DNA of 64,000 nucleotides from Candidatus Zambryskibacteria bacterium RIFOXYC1_FULL_39_10 (GTDB lineage: Bacteria > Patescibacteriota > Minisyncoccia > Phycocordibacterales > WO2-35-19), in the NCBI GenBank assembly GCA_001824275.1, contig MHWW01000003.1, forward strand, positions 19,325 to 83,324, given 5' to 3'. The notes under the pieces are model-generated. The model was given only the letters and a program-made list of their open reading frames with translations. It was not told the origin of the DNA and made no database searches. This document shows positions 8,601 to 16,354 of this stretch, piece by piece (the first letter of the stretch is position 1; every line of letters starts with the position of its first letter). Both the position numbers and the translations under genes were made by a program.

Positions 8601-9845
8601 AATATACAAAGCCCCATCTAAAGTCAGAATATCTTGTCGAGTGGTGGTGCCAACGGCCAGCCATTCTGTGGCCGTAAGATCAGCAACTGTCGTTGAACCG
8701 GTGACAGTCAAATCACCAGTCGAAAATGAAAGGCCAATGGCAGTTTGAAAATCAGAAAGGTCATTACTTACATTTGATATGGAATTGCCAAAATTATTTA
8801 CGATCGTGTCATTCTGTCTGGTCACATAATATCTATTTACATTTGGCGCTAACGGATTGACTAGAAAATAATTTTTTAATTCTGCAATTTTAAAATCTAC
8901 ATATTCTCTGTCAGAATCCATCACTACAACTGTTCTAGCTTGCGATGGTGTTTTATTATTTTGATTTATAACTATTTCTTGATTATTTTCTTTGTTAACT
9001 AAAACTGATTCATCTTTCCTCAACCAAGGTTTAATTATTTTAAGAGCAACATTTTTTGTCCAATTAGTTACATCATTCCATCCATTAGCAGAAAAGATAG
9101 AAGCAAAATTATTTTCTCCTAAAGCTACTTTATTATTAATGTTACTAATACCAGATTCAAAAACAAGAGAAGTCTTAACTATTATTCTTTCTTTAAGAGA
9201 AGCTAGTTTTTTAATCTCGGAAAAATTAAAAGCAATGCTAAAAGTCAACAAAATTATGACAGAAATTGAAGCGGCTGAGATTGCAAACTTTTCGAAACCA
9301 GACTTCCTTTTTGATCTCTCAATTACTTCATCAATGTTGGCAGAAGCGTAATATCTAATTTTATCTATATCAAACTCCCTTTTAATAATTGGAAATAATT
9401 CCTTTTTATCGTTATAATATATAGGTTTTATTCCTCTTACATCTCGGATACTCGAGATACGAGGTTTAAGACCTTTTTTCTCTGAAAATATTACTTCATT
9501 TTTATCTATTCCAATTCCTAATTCAAGCTCAGATTTAGCTTTAGATTTTTTCAGTATCTTCGTCTCTTTTTCCTTATTTTTTAAATCTGGTTTTAATGTT
9601 TTTAAGATTGCAACTTCCCTTCTTGATTTACGAATTTTAAGAGTCTTCCTGTGGGTAAGTAAATTTTTATCCTTGTGATTCAAAATTTCACTCTCCAAAA
9701 CATACCAACTTCTACCAACCAAGCTTGCATGAATTTTTTTAGCTCTACAAAGTTGGCCAATGTAGTCACTAGCATAACCAGTAAGTTCAGCGGCACGACT
9801 TGCCGAGATGTATTTTTTACCCTTCAAATAGAGAGTCTTATTCAC
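2595..9845 (-). CDS. Giant membrane-anchored fibre/adhesin: N-terminal excisionase-like HTH, TM helix, GNVGIGTTSP modules, 14-aa beta-solenoid repeats, peptidase S74 chaperone, Thr/Glu/Pro-rich tail
   Basis: YISASRAAELTGYASDYIGQLCR...VGRSWYV; hydrophobic FAISAASISVIILLTFSIAF; >12 GNVGIGT repeats; SSLRFKKNV...LQPVSYNW...GFIAEDV...VDYGKLTPILVNAIQEQQ; GTG start. Confidence 0.85.
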   Translation of the reverse strand: MNKTLYLKGKKYISASRAAELTGYASDYIGQLCRAKKIHASLVGRSWYVLESEILNHKDKNLLTHRKTLKIRKSRREVAILKTLKPDLKNKEKETKILKKSKAKSELELGIGIDKNEVIFSEKKGLKPRISSIRDVRGIKPIYYNDKKELFPIIKREFDIDKIRYYASANIDEVIERSKRKSGFEKFAISAASISVIILLTFSIAFNFSEIKKLASLKERIIVKTSLVFESGISNINNKVALGENNFASIFSANGWNDVTNWTKNVALKIIKPWLRKDESVLVNKENNQEIVINQNNKTPSQARTVVVMDSDREYVDFKIAELKNYFLVNPLAPNVNRYYVTRQNDTIVNNFGNSISNVSNDLSDFQTAIGLSFSTGDLTVTGSTTVADLTATEWLAVGTTTRQDILTLDGALYIESSSPADTYSRLYNTSSDLYWNGSLIAGAGVGNWTTDGTSVWRATGNVGIGTTTPSAKLTIDNRDSNTSPLTITTNGSPGNYTPANSGIFIKDAAGTEMLRIFASDPDDANYNAGNLYIGKQAGFSQPTDNVDAGYWNTGIGSRALKYNTTGFSNTANGEKSLMSNTTGGINSAFGVASLMLNTTGDSNVAIGAQSLMLNETGSNNVALGTSAGMYELGSNSFYIDNQDRENTNGDKAGALLYGMFNATPSLQTLTINASTTIAQNLSVLGTGNSYFAGNVGIGTTSPSQKLDVAGNININTNGTNALFSTYKGANSEGDNLFIGGGGQSSVGQVGATWKGSYNTANGYQSLFSNTTGNSNTANGSHSLYSNTTGAYNTANGSFSLYSDTTGNSNIAIGYGSLYSNITGNDNTAIGDSSLYANTTGSDNTAIGRGAGFSGTGVFIQNTLIGSKVGYGGSTPYSYNTVVGYKAGYNLFGNSNVMFGMYAGAYELGSNSFYIDNQDRENTSGDKAGALLYGMFNATPSLQTLTINASTTIAQNLSVLGTGNSYFAGNVGIGTTSPSYKLNVVDTSQYTLGGLFQTNSAQTAFGSFPVFDLMNTNTTDNTGLGLRFNTFDANSAIKPATQIGTTITSHVANAVSADLTFITTLAGTFSEKMRILSSGNVGIGTTSPYAKLSVEHLSTTGTVIGTDALTGFTGNLLDLKVASTSKFTIDYTGAITTGGSLTLSGAAINSLLSTNASGVIVATSTPTFGNFNATSTAATSTIAGGFAIGGTGFVYDFSTGKVGIGTATPIELLQVAGPLYSKIAISTASDTGFSQISVNKPGQTWSFGLNDVNNNFLFYDNTVAPVGATRLTIAAATGNVGIGTTSPTSILHIAAASPTFTVERTGVSTVTFSNSGSVWTWASSAASANHFAFSPAGTEAMRIMNGGNVGIGTTSPFALLSVAGSGFFNGNLTAANITATGTMSVSGLTTLGYASTTAITSTGSAYFATLGGNVGIGTTSPRALLDISKTTDAASNLVVVLQGNERATPTAGDEAYVSFYLDSANDVRESNRMSWVANDVNTGSMESAFTFDVMSGNALKQVFEIGALQSDSRYVKSTISGASGYFNVENESSNSLLYVKQTGNVGIGTTSPWAKLSVVGSTGTLIGADAITGFTGNLLDLKVASTSKFTIDYNGNITTGGSLTFSGLAINSLLSTNASGVIVATSTPTFGNFNATSTTATSTISTGGFAVGTSQFIVQQNSGNVGIGTSSPGAKLDVNGGIRFKTNFGVFGGNGADTGGFYESGGAIGFRSGGVDNRMFIASAGNIGIGTTSPGALLHISGAANTPVIVEDTAAASSAFIQFKNAGTSKGYIGYSTLGSTGLAFVNAAGSTANVLVTDSGNVGIGTTSPQSKLHLSSSAASTPVQLTISAFPAGNGYEIGGIHFRNSYSTLTNQEVASIQALQSIGGGNYSDLIFNTSNSGVPTEKVRITSAGNVGIGTTSPGALLDVAGNIRGGGIFYPDYTTDAGTYIAGTEANKLKLYADSYITFNLGGEKGYVDLSGNLQIDGLLKSDGTGNNYLLGNVGIGTTGPVSKLHVKGITTIENGGADATFAEVLRLSRTSFPDTYYHSIYTNHASGVANNSIDFRVNYGETVQRSVLTLLGSGNVGIGTTSPGAKLAVNGSVMFPALVNESTGYFVCANTTTGNLATSTTQCGGSSLRFKKNVNPLNYGLVEIAQLQPVSYNWQESFMPNNQTSQVGFIAEDVAKIIPEIVSFDAQGRPSNVDYGKLTPILVNAIQEQQKQIAEVKSVQEMYASSTAEFLSNSEIKFEILNAKMADLENDVSATTTIAVDGKETLLGRIVVYLKGVGVEIGDEFTKITKLFVGSLHIEGEVCVDDVCVTKEQFKELIRSAPEVAGVTTQATSTSETTTTTTTISVMGNELNGEATSAVGSSTPEIITASTTSESVIIIPPVVEIISAPAEPVVEIVTPPAEIISASETVSTDVNIGTGTSETPS
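6909..7953. repeat. ~220-bp near-identical intragenic direct repeat (6909-7128 and 7734-7953)
   Basis: Direct comparison shows about 4 substitutions; both copies encode YELGSNSFYIDNQDREN...FAGNVGIGTTSPS. Confidence 0.9.
7300..7575. repeat. 42-bp (14-aa) tandem repeat encoding NTANGxxSLYSNTTG
   Basis: Periodic tcgctgtgttg...cctgtggtg...agagagaa units. Confidence 0.8.
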
Positions 9846-9851
9846 AGGTAT

Positions 9852-9898
9852 ATTATACTATCTCGGCTATCCGAGATGAATAAAAAACCTGTGGATAA
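9852..9898 (-). promoter_or_regulatory. Likely leaderless promoter of the giant gene, with a dyad and a DnaA box
   Basis: TATAAT (9857-9852) lies 6 nt before GTG; dyad atctcgg-ctat-ccgagat 9860-9877; TGTGGATAA 9890-9898. Confidence 0.5.
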
Positions 9899-10196
9899 AT
9901 CTCAAATTATTTTGTTATAAAAATTATTTAAAAATGTGAACATAATTGAATCCAATAAATAACCCAGAAGATCGCATAATCATCAGTGCTATGAAGGTTA
10001 AGTCCAGAAACCTCGGGTAACCTCAATAACTAGATTTATAACATCAACATGATATTATCTATATACATTATATCATCAATAATAATTTTAAAATCTAGTT
10101 ATCCACATTATTAAAGTTACATAACTATTCATAATTATGTATACTTAAGTAGTAATGTTTATATATGTTTACTAATGTTAATAATTTAATTATACT

Positions 10197-10457
10197 ATGA
10201 ACAATAAAACTATCAGCTATATAACAATTAAAGACGCATCTGTTATATTAGGTGTATCCAAGATCACTCTTCGCAATTGGGACAAGTCCGGTAAGCTCAA
10301 AGCTCACCGACATCCCTTTAATAACTACCGAGTCTACAAACTTGAGGATATTGACAATGTCTTAAAAATGATTGAGAGTAACAATACTGTTATTTCTAAG
10401 AGGAAAAGTGAGATTCGTAGGTTGGCAGTCCGCCACCTCGAAGATGAGCGGGCTTAG
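10197..10457 (+). CDS. Stand-alone MerR/excisionase-like HTH protein
   Basis: YITIKDASVILGVSKITLRNWDKSGKLKAHRHPFNNYRVY. Confidence 0.85.
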   Translation: MNNKTISYITIKDASVILGVSKITLRNWDKSGKLKAHRHPFNNYRVYKLEDIDNVLKMIESNNTVISKRKSEIRRLAVRHLEDERA

Positions 10458-10892
10458 ATTAATATCTATATAGTATGATGTGAAAGCATTCTTTTGTTAA
10501 TTAATGAGCATTCATTTTATCAGATTCCACATTCTATTTTAGTTTCTATTTTATGATTTAGCACAATGTCTAGTGCCCCCCCAATTGTAGTGATTTTTTG
10601 ATTTATCAATAGACTTGGTCATCTCCATAATTTTTTATATTAATCTTTACTATCCCAATCTTTGCCCTTTACTGCAAATCAATACTGCACAATAAGACAC
10701 ACAATACCTTGAGCCGCCAACATTGTGACCTTCACAACAATTAAGTTTATTTATAATTTCATATTTCAGCATATTTTATTAATCAGTATTTTACTAAAAA
10801 TATGTCTCATGATCACCAAAAACATTCTAGAACCCACCTGCTCAATTTTAATATAATTCTTATATTACAACATGTTTTCACACAAAAAACTA

Positions 10893-10936
10893 TACTAAAC
10901 GCTCAGCGTCCAATATTAGACGCTGAGCGTTTAGTA
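10893..10936. repeat. REP doublet (18-bp inverted repeat) upstream of RAYT
   Basis: tactaaacgctcagcgtc-N8-gacgctgagcgtttagta; each arm holds the mini-palindrome ACGCTnAGCGT. Confidence 0.8.
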
Positions 10937-10989
10937 GTTATCCACAGTCCTCAAAACTCTCAATTCTCCACTAAGATATAATTAATATT

Positions 10990-11643
10990 ATGAGATACGA
11001 AAACTTTGCTGTACACGAACACTATCATGTCTTTGGTAGAGGCACTAACAAGGAAAAGATATTTATAGATGATCAAGATAAAGCGAGATTTGTTTTTCTT
11101 ATTACCCATTTTCAATCCCCTATTAAGGTCTACAATGTATCCTGGTATACAGACAGTTTTATTAAGAAAGGTTTTTTTGGTATTAAGGAGGGCAAGATTG
11201 ATGAAATACTTAAACATCGAAGCACCAAACTTGTCGCCTTTGCTTTAATGGAAAATCACTTTCATCTATTAATACAAAATCTTGAAGATGGAATACTCTC
11301 GGTTTATATGCACCGAGTTTTAACTGCTTATAGTAAATATTTTAACGCTAAATATAAAAAGAAGGGCCATGTTTTTGAAGGACCTTTCAAAGCCGTGCAC
11401 ACTAAAAATAATGACCAATTATTACACTTGGCTTCATATATCCACAAGAATCCAAGGGAGATTGAGGGTTGGGATTCTTCATACGACAAGTACCCCTATT
11501 CAAGCTATCAAGACTATATTGGTTTAAACAGGTGGGGAAACTTCCTTTCAACCGATATTATCTTAAAGCAATTTAAGGACCAAACTAAATATAAGGATTT
11601 TGTCTCAACTAGTACCGCAAAAGAAGGCTTAAATTACCTTTAG
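10990..11643 (+). CDS. REP-associated tyrosine transposase (RAYT, HUH Y1 / IS200-like)
   Basis: YHVFGRG, AFALMENHFHLL (HUH), YFNAKY..GHVFEGPF, YIHKNP, YPYSSY. Confidence 0.9.
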   Translation: MRYENFAVHEHYHVFGRGTNKEKIFIDDQDKARFVFLITHFQSPIKVYNVSWYTDSFIKKGFFGIKEGKIDEILKHRSTKLVAFALMENHFHLLIQNLEDGILSVYMHRVLTAYSKYFNAKYKKKGHVFEGPFKAVHTKNNDQLLHLASYIHKNPREIEGWDSSYDKYPYSSYQDYIGLNRWGNFLSTDIILKQFKDQTKYKDFVSTSTAKEGLNYL

Positions 11644-13056
11644 AAATAAGTCTTTTAGGACATTTGGGTTTGCCGAACCTTTGGTTTCTTTCATTCCTTG
11701 CCCGATTAAAAACTGGAGAGCTGAGAGCTTGCCATTTTTGTATTCTGCCACCGCCGCTTCGTTTTCTGACACTATTTTATTTACTATTTTTATTAGATCA
11801 TCTTCATTACTTTTCTGAAATAACCCTTCTCTTTCTGCAATTATTTTAGGCTCCTCGCCAGTTTCAAGCATTATTTTCAATACATCTTTGGCTCCTCGAG
11901 AAGATAGTTCCCCAGACACAATCATTTTAACCACAGTAGCAACTGACTCAGTTTTAACCATTGAGACATCAGGGTTTAGGCTTGCAATATCGCTCACAAT
12001 ATAATTTGAAAGCAGTTGTAGCTCACTCTTATCTAACAAAACCGCAGTCTCTTCAAACAAATCGCCAAGTCCAATATTTGTAATATAAAAATTAATATCA
12101 CTTTCTTTGATGCCATATTTGCTACCAAACCTTTCTCTCTTTTCTTTCGGTGTCTCCCTAAGCTCACTTCTTAATACATCTGCATCAAATTCAGGGACTT
12201 CACTTATTTTTAATTTGGGCAAATCAGGGTCTGGGAAATACCTGTAATCGTGAGAATCTTCTTTGGATCGCTGGGAAAATGTTACCTGTTTCTTGTCGTC
12301 CCAACCTCTGGTCTCTTGAGATATTTTGCCTCCCTCTTTTAGTATCTCCACCTGTCTAGTAATCTCAAATTCTATAGCTCTTTCTGCTGATCTAAATGAG
12401 TTTAAATTTTTAATCTCAACTTTAGTACCCAAGGTCAGACCTTTGGGGCCTTTTTCAAGGTCTGACCTTTGGACCGAAATATTAACCTCAAGCCTCATTT
12501 CTCCTTTCTCCATATTAGCTTCCGCTACGCCTAAGTATTGAAGTTGAAGTTGCAACTCTTCTCCAAATTTAACAACCTCAACAGACGAATGGATTACAGG
12601 TTCGGTCACCAATTCCATAAGTGGCACTCCTGCTCGGTTGAAATCAACAAGGCTATGGTCTCCTACCTCGTGAGAGGACCTTGCCGTATCCTCTTCAAGA
12701 TGGACCCGAGTAATGCTCACGCCCGACAGTTGTCCACCTGAGACTAGCGGATGCTTATACTGGCTTATCTGATAACCTTTTGGTATGTCAGGATAAAAGT
12801 AATTTTTTCGATCAAATTCGGTGAAATCAGCCAGTTTCGCCCCTATTGATAAACCGACTTTTAACACATTTCTTACCGCTTCTTTGTTGATTACTGGCAA
12901 GGTACCAGGGTGTCCTATACAAACCGGGCATACATTTATGTTTGGCCTTTTCTCGTCTGCATCATTTTTACATGAGCAAAACATCTTAGTTTTTGTCTTC
13001 AATTCCGCGTGAATTTCAAGACCTATGGTTGGTTTCCAATTTATATCTTTTGCCAT
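11629..13056 (-). CDS. gatB: Asp-tRNA(Asn)/Glu-tRNA(Gln) amidotransferase subunit B
   Basis: IGLEIHAEL, FDRKNYFYPDIPKGYQISQ, HLEEDTA, DFNRAGVPLMELVTEP, YRYFPDPDLP. Confidence 0.97.
   Translation of the reverse strand: MAKDINWKPTIGLEIHAELKTKTKMFCSCKNDADEKRPNINVCPVCIGHPGTLPVINKEAVRNVLKVGLSIGAKLADFTEFDRKNYFYPDIPKGYQISQYKHPLVSGGQLSGVSITRVHLEEDTARSSHEVGDHSLVDFNRAGVPLMELVTEPVIHSSVEVVKFGEELQLQLQYLGVAEANMEKGEMRLEVNISVQRSDLEKGPKGLTLGTKVEIKNLNSFRSAERAIEFEITRQVEILKEGGKISQETRGWDDKKQVTFSQRSKEDSHDYRYFPDPDLPKLKISEVPEFDADVLRSELRETPKEKRERFGSKYGIKESDINFYITNIGLGDLFEETAVLLDKSELQLLSNYIVSDIASLNPDVSMVKTESVATVVKMIVSGELSSRGAKDVLKIMLETGEEPKIIAEREGLFQKSNEDDLIKIVNKIVSENEAAVAEYKNGKLSALQFLIGQGMKETKGSANPNVLKDLFLKVI
12431..12469. 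repeat. Palindromic REP-like doublet in frame in gatB
   Basis: aaggtcagacctt-N13-aaggtctgacctt, within QRSDLEKGPKGLTLG. Confidence 0.7.
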
Positions 13057-13115
13057 ATTTATATAGAAAATATAAGCTAATTTATGAAATTATGCAAAGT
13101 ATTAAATGAAAATTA

Positions 13116-15071
13116 TTACACTTTTGGCTCTCCAAAAGATTTCATCTTTTTTTCATACTCAATAACTGTGCGTACAAACTCCGCATGACTCCAAGTGAGC
13201 GGGGTCGCCGAAATCTGTTCACCATTGTACGGATTGAGTTGCTCAGAAAGCATTCCTGATCTGGCAAATTTTGCTACCCATTCTATGTCTTTTGCCACCT
13301 CTTCCAAATCATTTACAGTATTAGCGATCGCAATTTTGTATTGAGCAAACCAGAGAGTAGTAATAAACCAAGGATTACCCGCAGAGTCCCCGCCCGCATG
13401 AGAATACTTATCCCCTTCATAACGCGCAATACCACCTATATTTATATTTTTGGTGAGTTTACTATTGAAAATTTTAAATGACTCTTTCATTCTTGGGTCA
13501 TCTGGCGCTAAAACTCCAAAACGAAAAGGCCCAAAAAAACTGCTAGCGTCTAGGCTTGTATCTTTATCTGAATTTTCTTCAATCAATTTACAAAAAGTTT
13601 TGTCTTTGTCATCCCACAAAAATGCCAATATCGCTTTCCGTAAAGATTCTGCTTCAGTATGAAATTTATCTGCATCCTCTTCCTTGCCTAAAGTCTTGGC
13701 AAAATTATATGCCGAGACAAGTCCCCCATAAACCACTGAAGAAGTGAAAGACGATACACCATATTTCTCCTCCCACAAGTCATAACTTGATAATGGCAGA
13801 CCGGTATGAATATCTTTATAATGAATTAAAAAGTCTGCCGCCTTTTTTACGAAACTGTTATAAATACTTTCTATAAATTCAAGATCTTTGGCCCTTACAT
13901 AGTGTTCCCATAGTCCAACTAGCAGTATTGCCGTCTCATCTTCTTGAATAGCCAATTGCCTCTTACCATCTTTTACCCATGGATGCCAAGAACTCCCGAG
14001 AGAATGGTCGGGCTGATATTTATGTAAAACAAAACCTTCTTCGGTCAACACATCATTTGCAAAGTTATAAAATCTTTTAGAAACATCATAAAACCCTGCC
14101 AAATCAAAAGTCCAAGCAATAAAACAAGCGTCCCTTGGCCAAATATACCCATACGTATCTCCACCATATTGAACATTACCAGAGTCTGCTGATGCCAAGA
14201 TACCGCCCCTATCATCAGAATGCGCCCTCATGACCAGAAGCGAATCATAGAAAAGATCTTTGACCTTACCCGATAAACCCGGAAACGAAATTGGAACCTG
14301 GTTAAGCCATGCCTGCCAAAAATCTTTGGTTGATTCCATCAGATGCTCTGGAGTCTTGTCAAAAATATATTGAAGCAATTGGCACACCCCTCGATAAGTC
14401 TCACCCACCGCCACCCAGTAATACAAAGTCACTGAGCCTCCGGCTGGCACCTCTCTATTCCAACTAATTACCGAGTCAACCACTCCATGTTCAATTGAAT
14501 TTTTGGACAAAACACCATCCTCTGCGTCTCTCCAAGTACCTTCTTTACCCTCAATGCCACAAAAACCAATGCTGTAATCATCAAAAGGTTTACTATCACA
14601 CATGCCGCCAACTAGAAAAACTCTTCTACCCTTATAATGAATTATAGATTCAATAGTGCTTGAAAAATATGCCGTGTCGGCGTGATTAGTATCGCCTATT
14701 TTAAATTGTTGGTCAAAAAATATTTTTAGATTGCGCGATTTTGAATCATTGTTCGTTAAGGTAATTTTCCTTAAAAAAATGTTATTTTCATTATAAACTG
14801 TGTCAACCATCTCCAGTGAAATTTTAGCCTTTTCGTTTCGGGCACTCGTGTGAGAGACCATAGAATTTTTTTCAAAACCCATTTCAATATTCCACTCTCC
14901 GTTGTCAATCCAATGCATTTTGTCATCAACAAAGACCCCTATTTTATGGACATGATTTGAACCTACGTGATTTTCTTGGCCAACATAGGGAAAATAAAAA
15001 TCTCTCACCTGCCCAAATTTATCTAGACAGACTAAAGTGTTGCCATTTCCCAAGACCATTGAGCGAGCCAT
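13116..15071 (-). CDS. Glycoside hydrolase family 15 (glucoamylase-like)
   Basis: YGYIWPRDA, QEDETA, SYDLWEE, LSEQ, PLTWSHAEF. Confidence 0.92.
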   Translation of the reverse strand: MARSMVLGNGNTLVCLDKFGQVRDFYFPYVGQENHVGSNHVHKIGVFVDDKMHWIDNGEWNIEMGFEKNSMVSHTSARNEKAKISLEMVDTVYNENNIFLRKITLTNNDSKSRNLKIFFDQQFKIGDTNHADTAYFSSTIESIIHYKGRRVFLVGGMCDSKPFDDYSIGFCGIEGKEGTWRDAEDGVLSKNSIEHGVVDSVISWNREVPAGGSVTLYYWVAVGETYRGVCQLLQYIFDKTPEHLMESTKDFWQAWLNQVPISFPGLSGKVKDLFYDSLLVMRAHSDDRGGILASADSGNVQYGGDTYGYIWPRDACFIAWTFDLAGFYDVSKRFYNFANDVLTEEGFVLHKYQPDHSLGSSWHPWVKDGKRQLAIQEDETAILLVGLWEHYVRAKDLEFIESIYNSFVKKAADFLIHYKDIHTGLPLSSYDLWEEKYGVSSFTSSVVYGGLVSAYNFAKTLGKEEDADKFHTEAESLRKAILAFLWDDKDKTFCKLIEENSDKDTSLDASSFFGPFRFGVLAPDDPRMKESFKIFNSKLTKNINIGGIARYEGDKYSHAGGDSAGNPWFITTLWFAQYKIAIANTVNDLEEVAKDIEWVAKFARSGMLSEQLNPYNGEQISATPLTWSHAEFVRTVIEYEKKMKSFGEPKV

Positions 15072-15094
15072 ATAAATATTTTATCACAAATTAA

Positions 15095-16354
15095 TTACAC
15101 TTCACTAAATCGGAGTGGTTTAACACGATGCAAAGAAACACCGTGCTCTTGATTTTTCTTGGCTTCTTCCAAACGCAAACGCATATCATGCATTACATTC
15201 ATATAAGCGATGAAAGCTTCGTAAGGTGACTCGTATGGAGAAAAATATTTATGGACATCGCCATCATTCCACCACTTAGTACACATATAATAGAAGTGGT
15301 CTGAAGTCTGAAGTTTGCGCCAATCCTCAAGCAAAACCGGATCATCAATATGCACTATTTCACTGCCTAGTGCGTAAACCGTGTCTAGCGCTTCTCTTTG
15401 CAAATCGTTTGATATCCAAGCTGACAGATCTCTCTCGGTATCAGCCCAAGAGACATAATGAGGCACATCAAGTTCGCCCCGAGCATCGTAGCGATCAATT
15501 ATTTCAGACGGAGTCATGAAGTTGTTATCAGGATTTTTGAGTATTTCTTCTGGAAGATAACGCAGAAAATCAAAAATTCCAGTATCTTCCCATTGATGCT
15601 CTCCAAATGTCTCATAATCCATAAAAAGATTTATCGTATCAGCATTACCATTGTGAGATGCCACCCAATTGGCAAACTTTGGGGCAGTGAGTGGGAACTC
15701 CGCCCAATCTCGAGAACTAAAACGAAAGGCGATGTCGTCAGAAAGTCGATAATGCTTCAAAAGCAATTTAATGTTTTCGGTACCTACTGGTTTATAAACA
15801 AATGCTGGGCTTTTCCAACCCAAAATATGATCAGCTCCTTCAGCCAAAATACCTTTATAGCCCATTTTCTCAGCCATCTTAGCTATCTCATTTGAATAGA
15901 TGAGTTCGGTATTGCGAAAGACCGAAGGCGTAACTCCAAAAAGGTCCCGTAATTTTTTGCGATGCAGAATTACTTGGTTTATAAATTCTTCTTCAGAATA
16001 TATTGAGGCTAGAGAGTGATAATAAGTTTCTGAAAGCAATTCGATGTTGCCAGTATCAACCAAGGCTTTAAACGAATCTATCACTTCCGGAGCAAATTTC
16101 TCAAATTGTTCTAATGCTACACCAGAAATACTGAAACTTGCTTTAAAATCCGGATTATTTTTTATATTTTGAAGGAGAACTTGGTTGGCAGGCAAATAAC
16201 ATTTGCGAGCTACTTTTTCAACAATGGCTTTGTTGTCCAAACTAGTACCACTTTCATCGTTAAAATAAGAACTGTTTTGTCCAACATCAAAGACTCTGTA
16301 CTTTCGCACTCTCAAAGGCTGGTGGACTTGGAAATAAAAACATACTGAAGGCAT
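15095..16354 (-). CDS. Glycoside hydrolase family 57 (alpha-amylase)
   Basis: FQVHQP, ETYYHSL, FRNTELIY, LFMDYETFGEHQW, SWADTERDLSAW. Confidence 0.93.
   Translation of the reverse strand: MPSVCFYFQVHQPLRVRKYRVFDVGQNSSYFNDESGTSLDNKAIVEKVARKCYLPANQVLLQNIKNNPDFKASFSISGVALEQFEKFAPEVIDSFKALVDTGNIELLSETYYHSLASIYSEEEFINQVILHRKKLRDLFGVTPSVFRNTELIYSNEIAKMAEKMGYKGILAEGADHILGWKSPAFVYKPVGTENIKLLLKHYRLSDDIAFRFSSRDWAEFPLTAPKFANWVASHNGNADTINLFMDYETFGEHQWEDTGIFDFLRYLPEEILKNPDNNFMTPSEIIDRYDARGELDVPHYVSWADTERDLSAWISNDLQREALDTVYALGSEIVHIDDPVLLEDWRKLQTSDHFYYMCTKWWNDGDVHKYFSPYESPYEAFIAYMNVMHDMRLRLEEAKKNQEHGVSLHRVKPLRFSEV

Noticed and set aside
2595..10457. Prophage, suggested by the tail fibre and excisionase-like HTH
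   Set aside because: No integrase, capsid, terminase or lysis genes; the protein has a TM anchor
10197..10457. IS607 transposase remnant
   Set aside because: Only the HTH is present, with no serine recombinase domain or tnpB
10460..10890. Short Cys-rich minus-strand ORF of about 40 aa near 10650-10771
   Set aside because: No recognisable motif or start signal; cannot be supported
10990..11643. Autonomous IS200/IS605 element
   Set aside because: Length and motifs fit RAYT, there is no tnpB, and the gene overlaps the gatB end with no right-end hairpin seen
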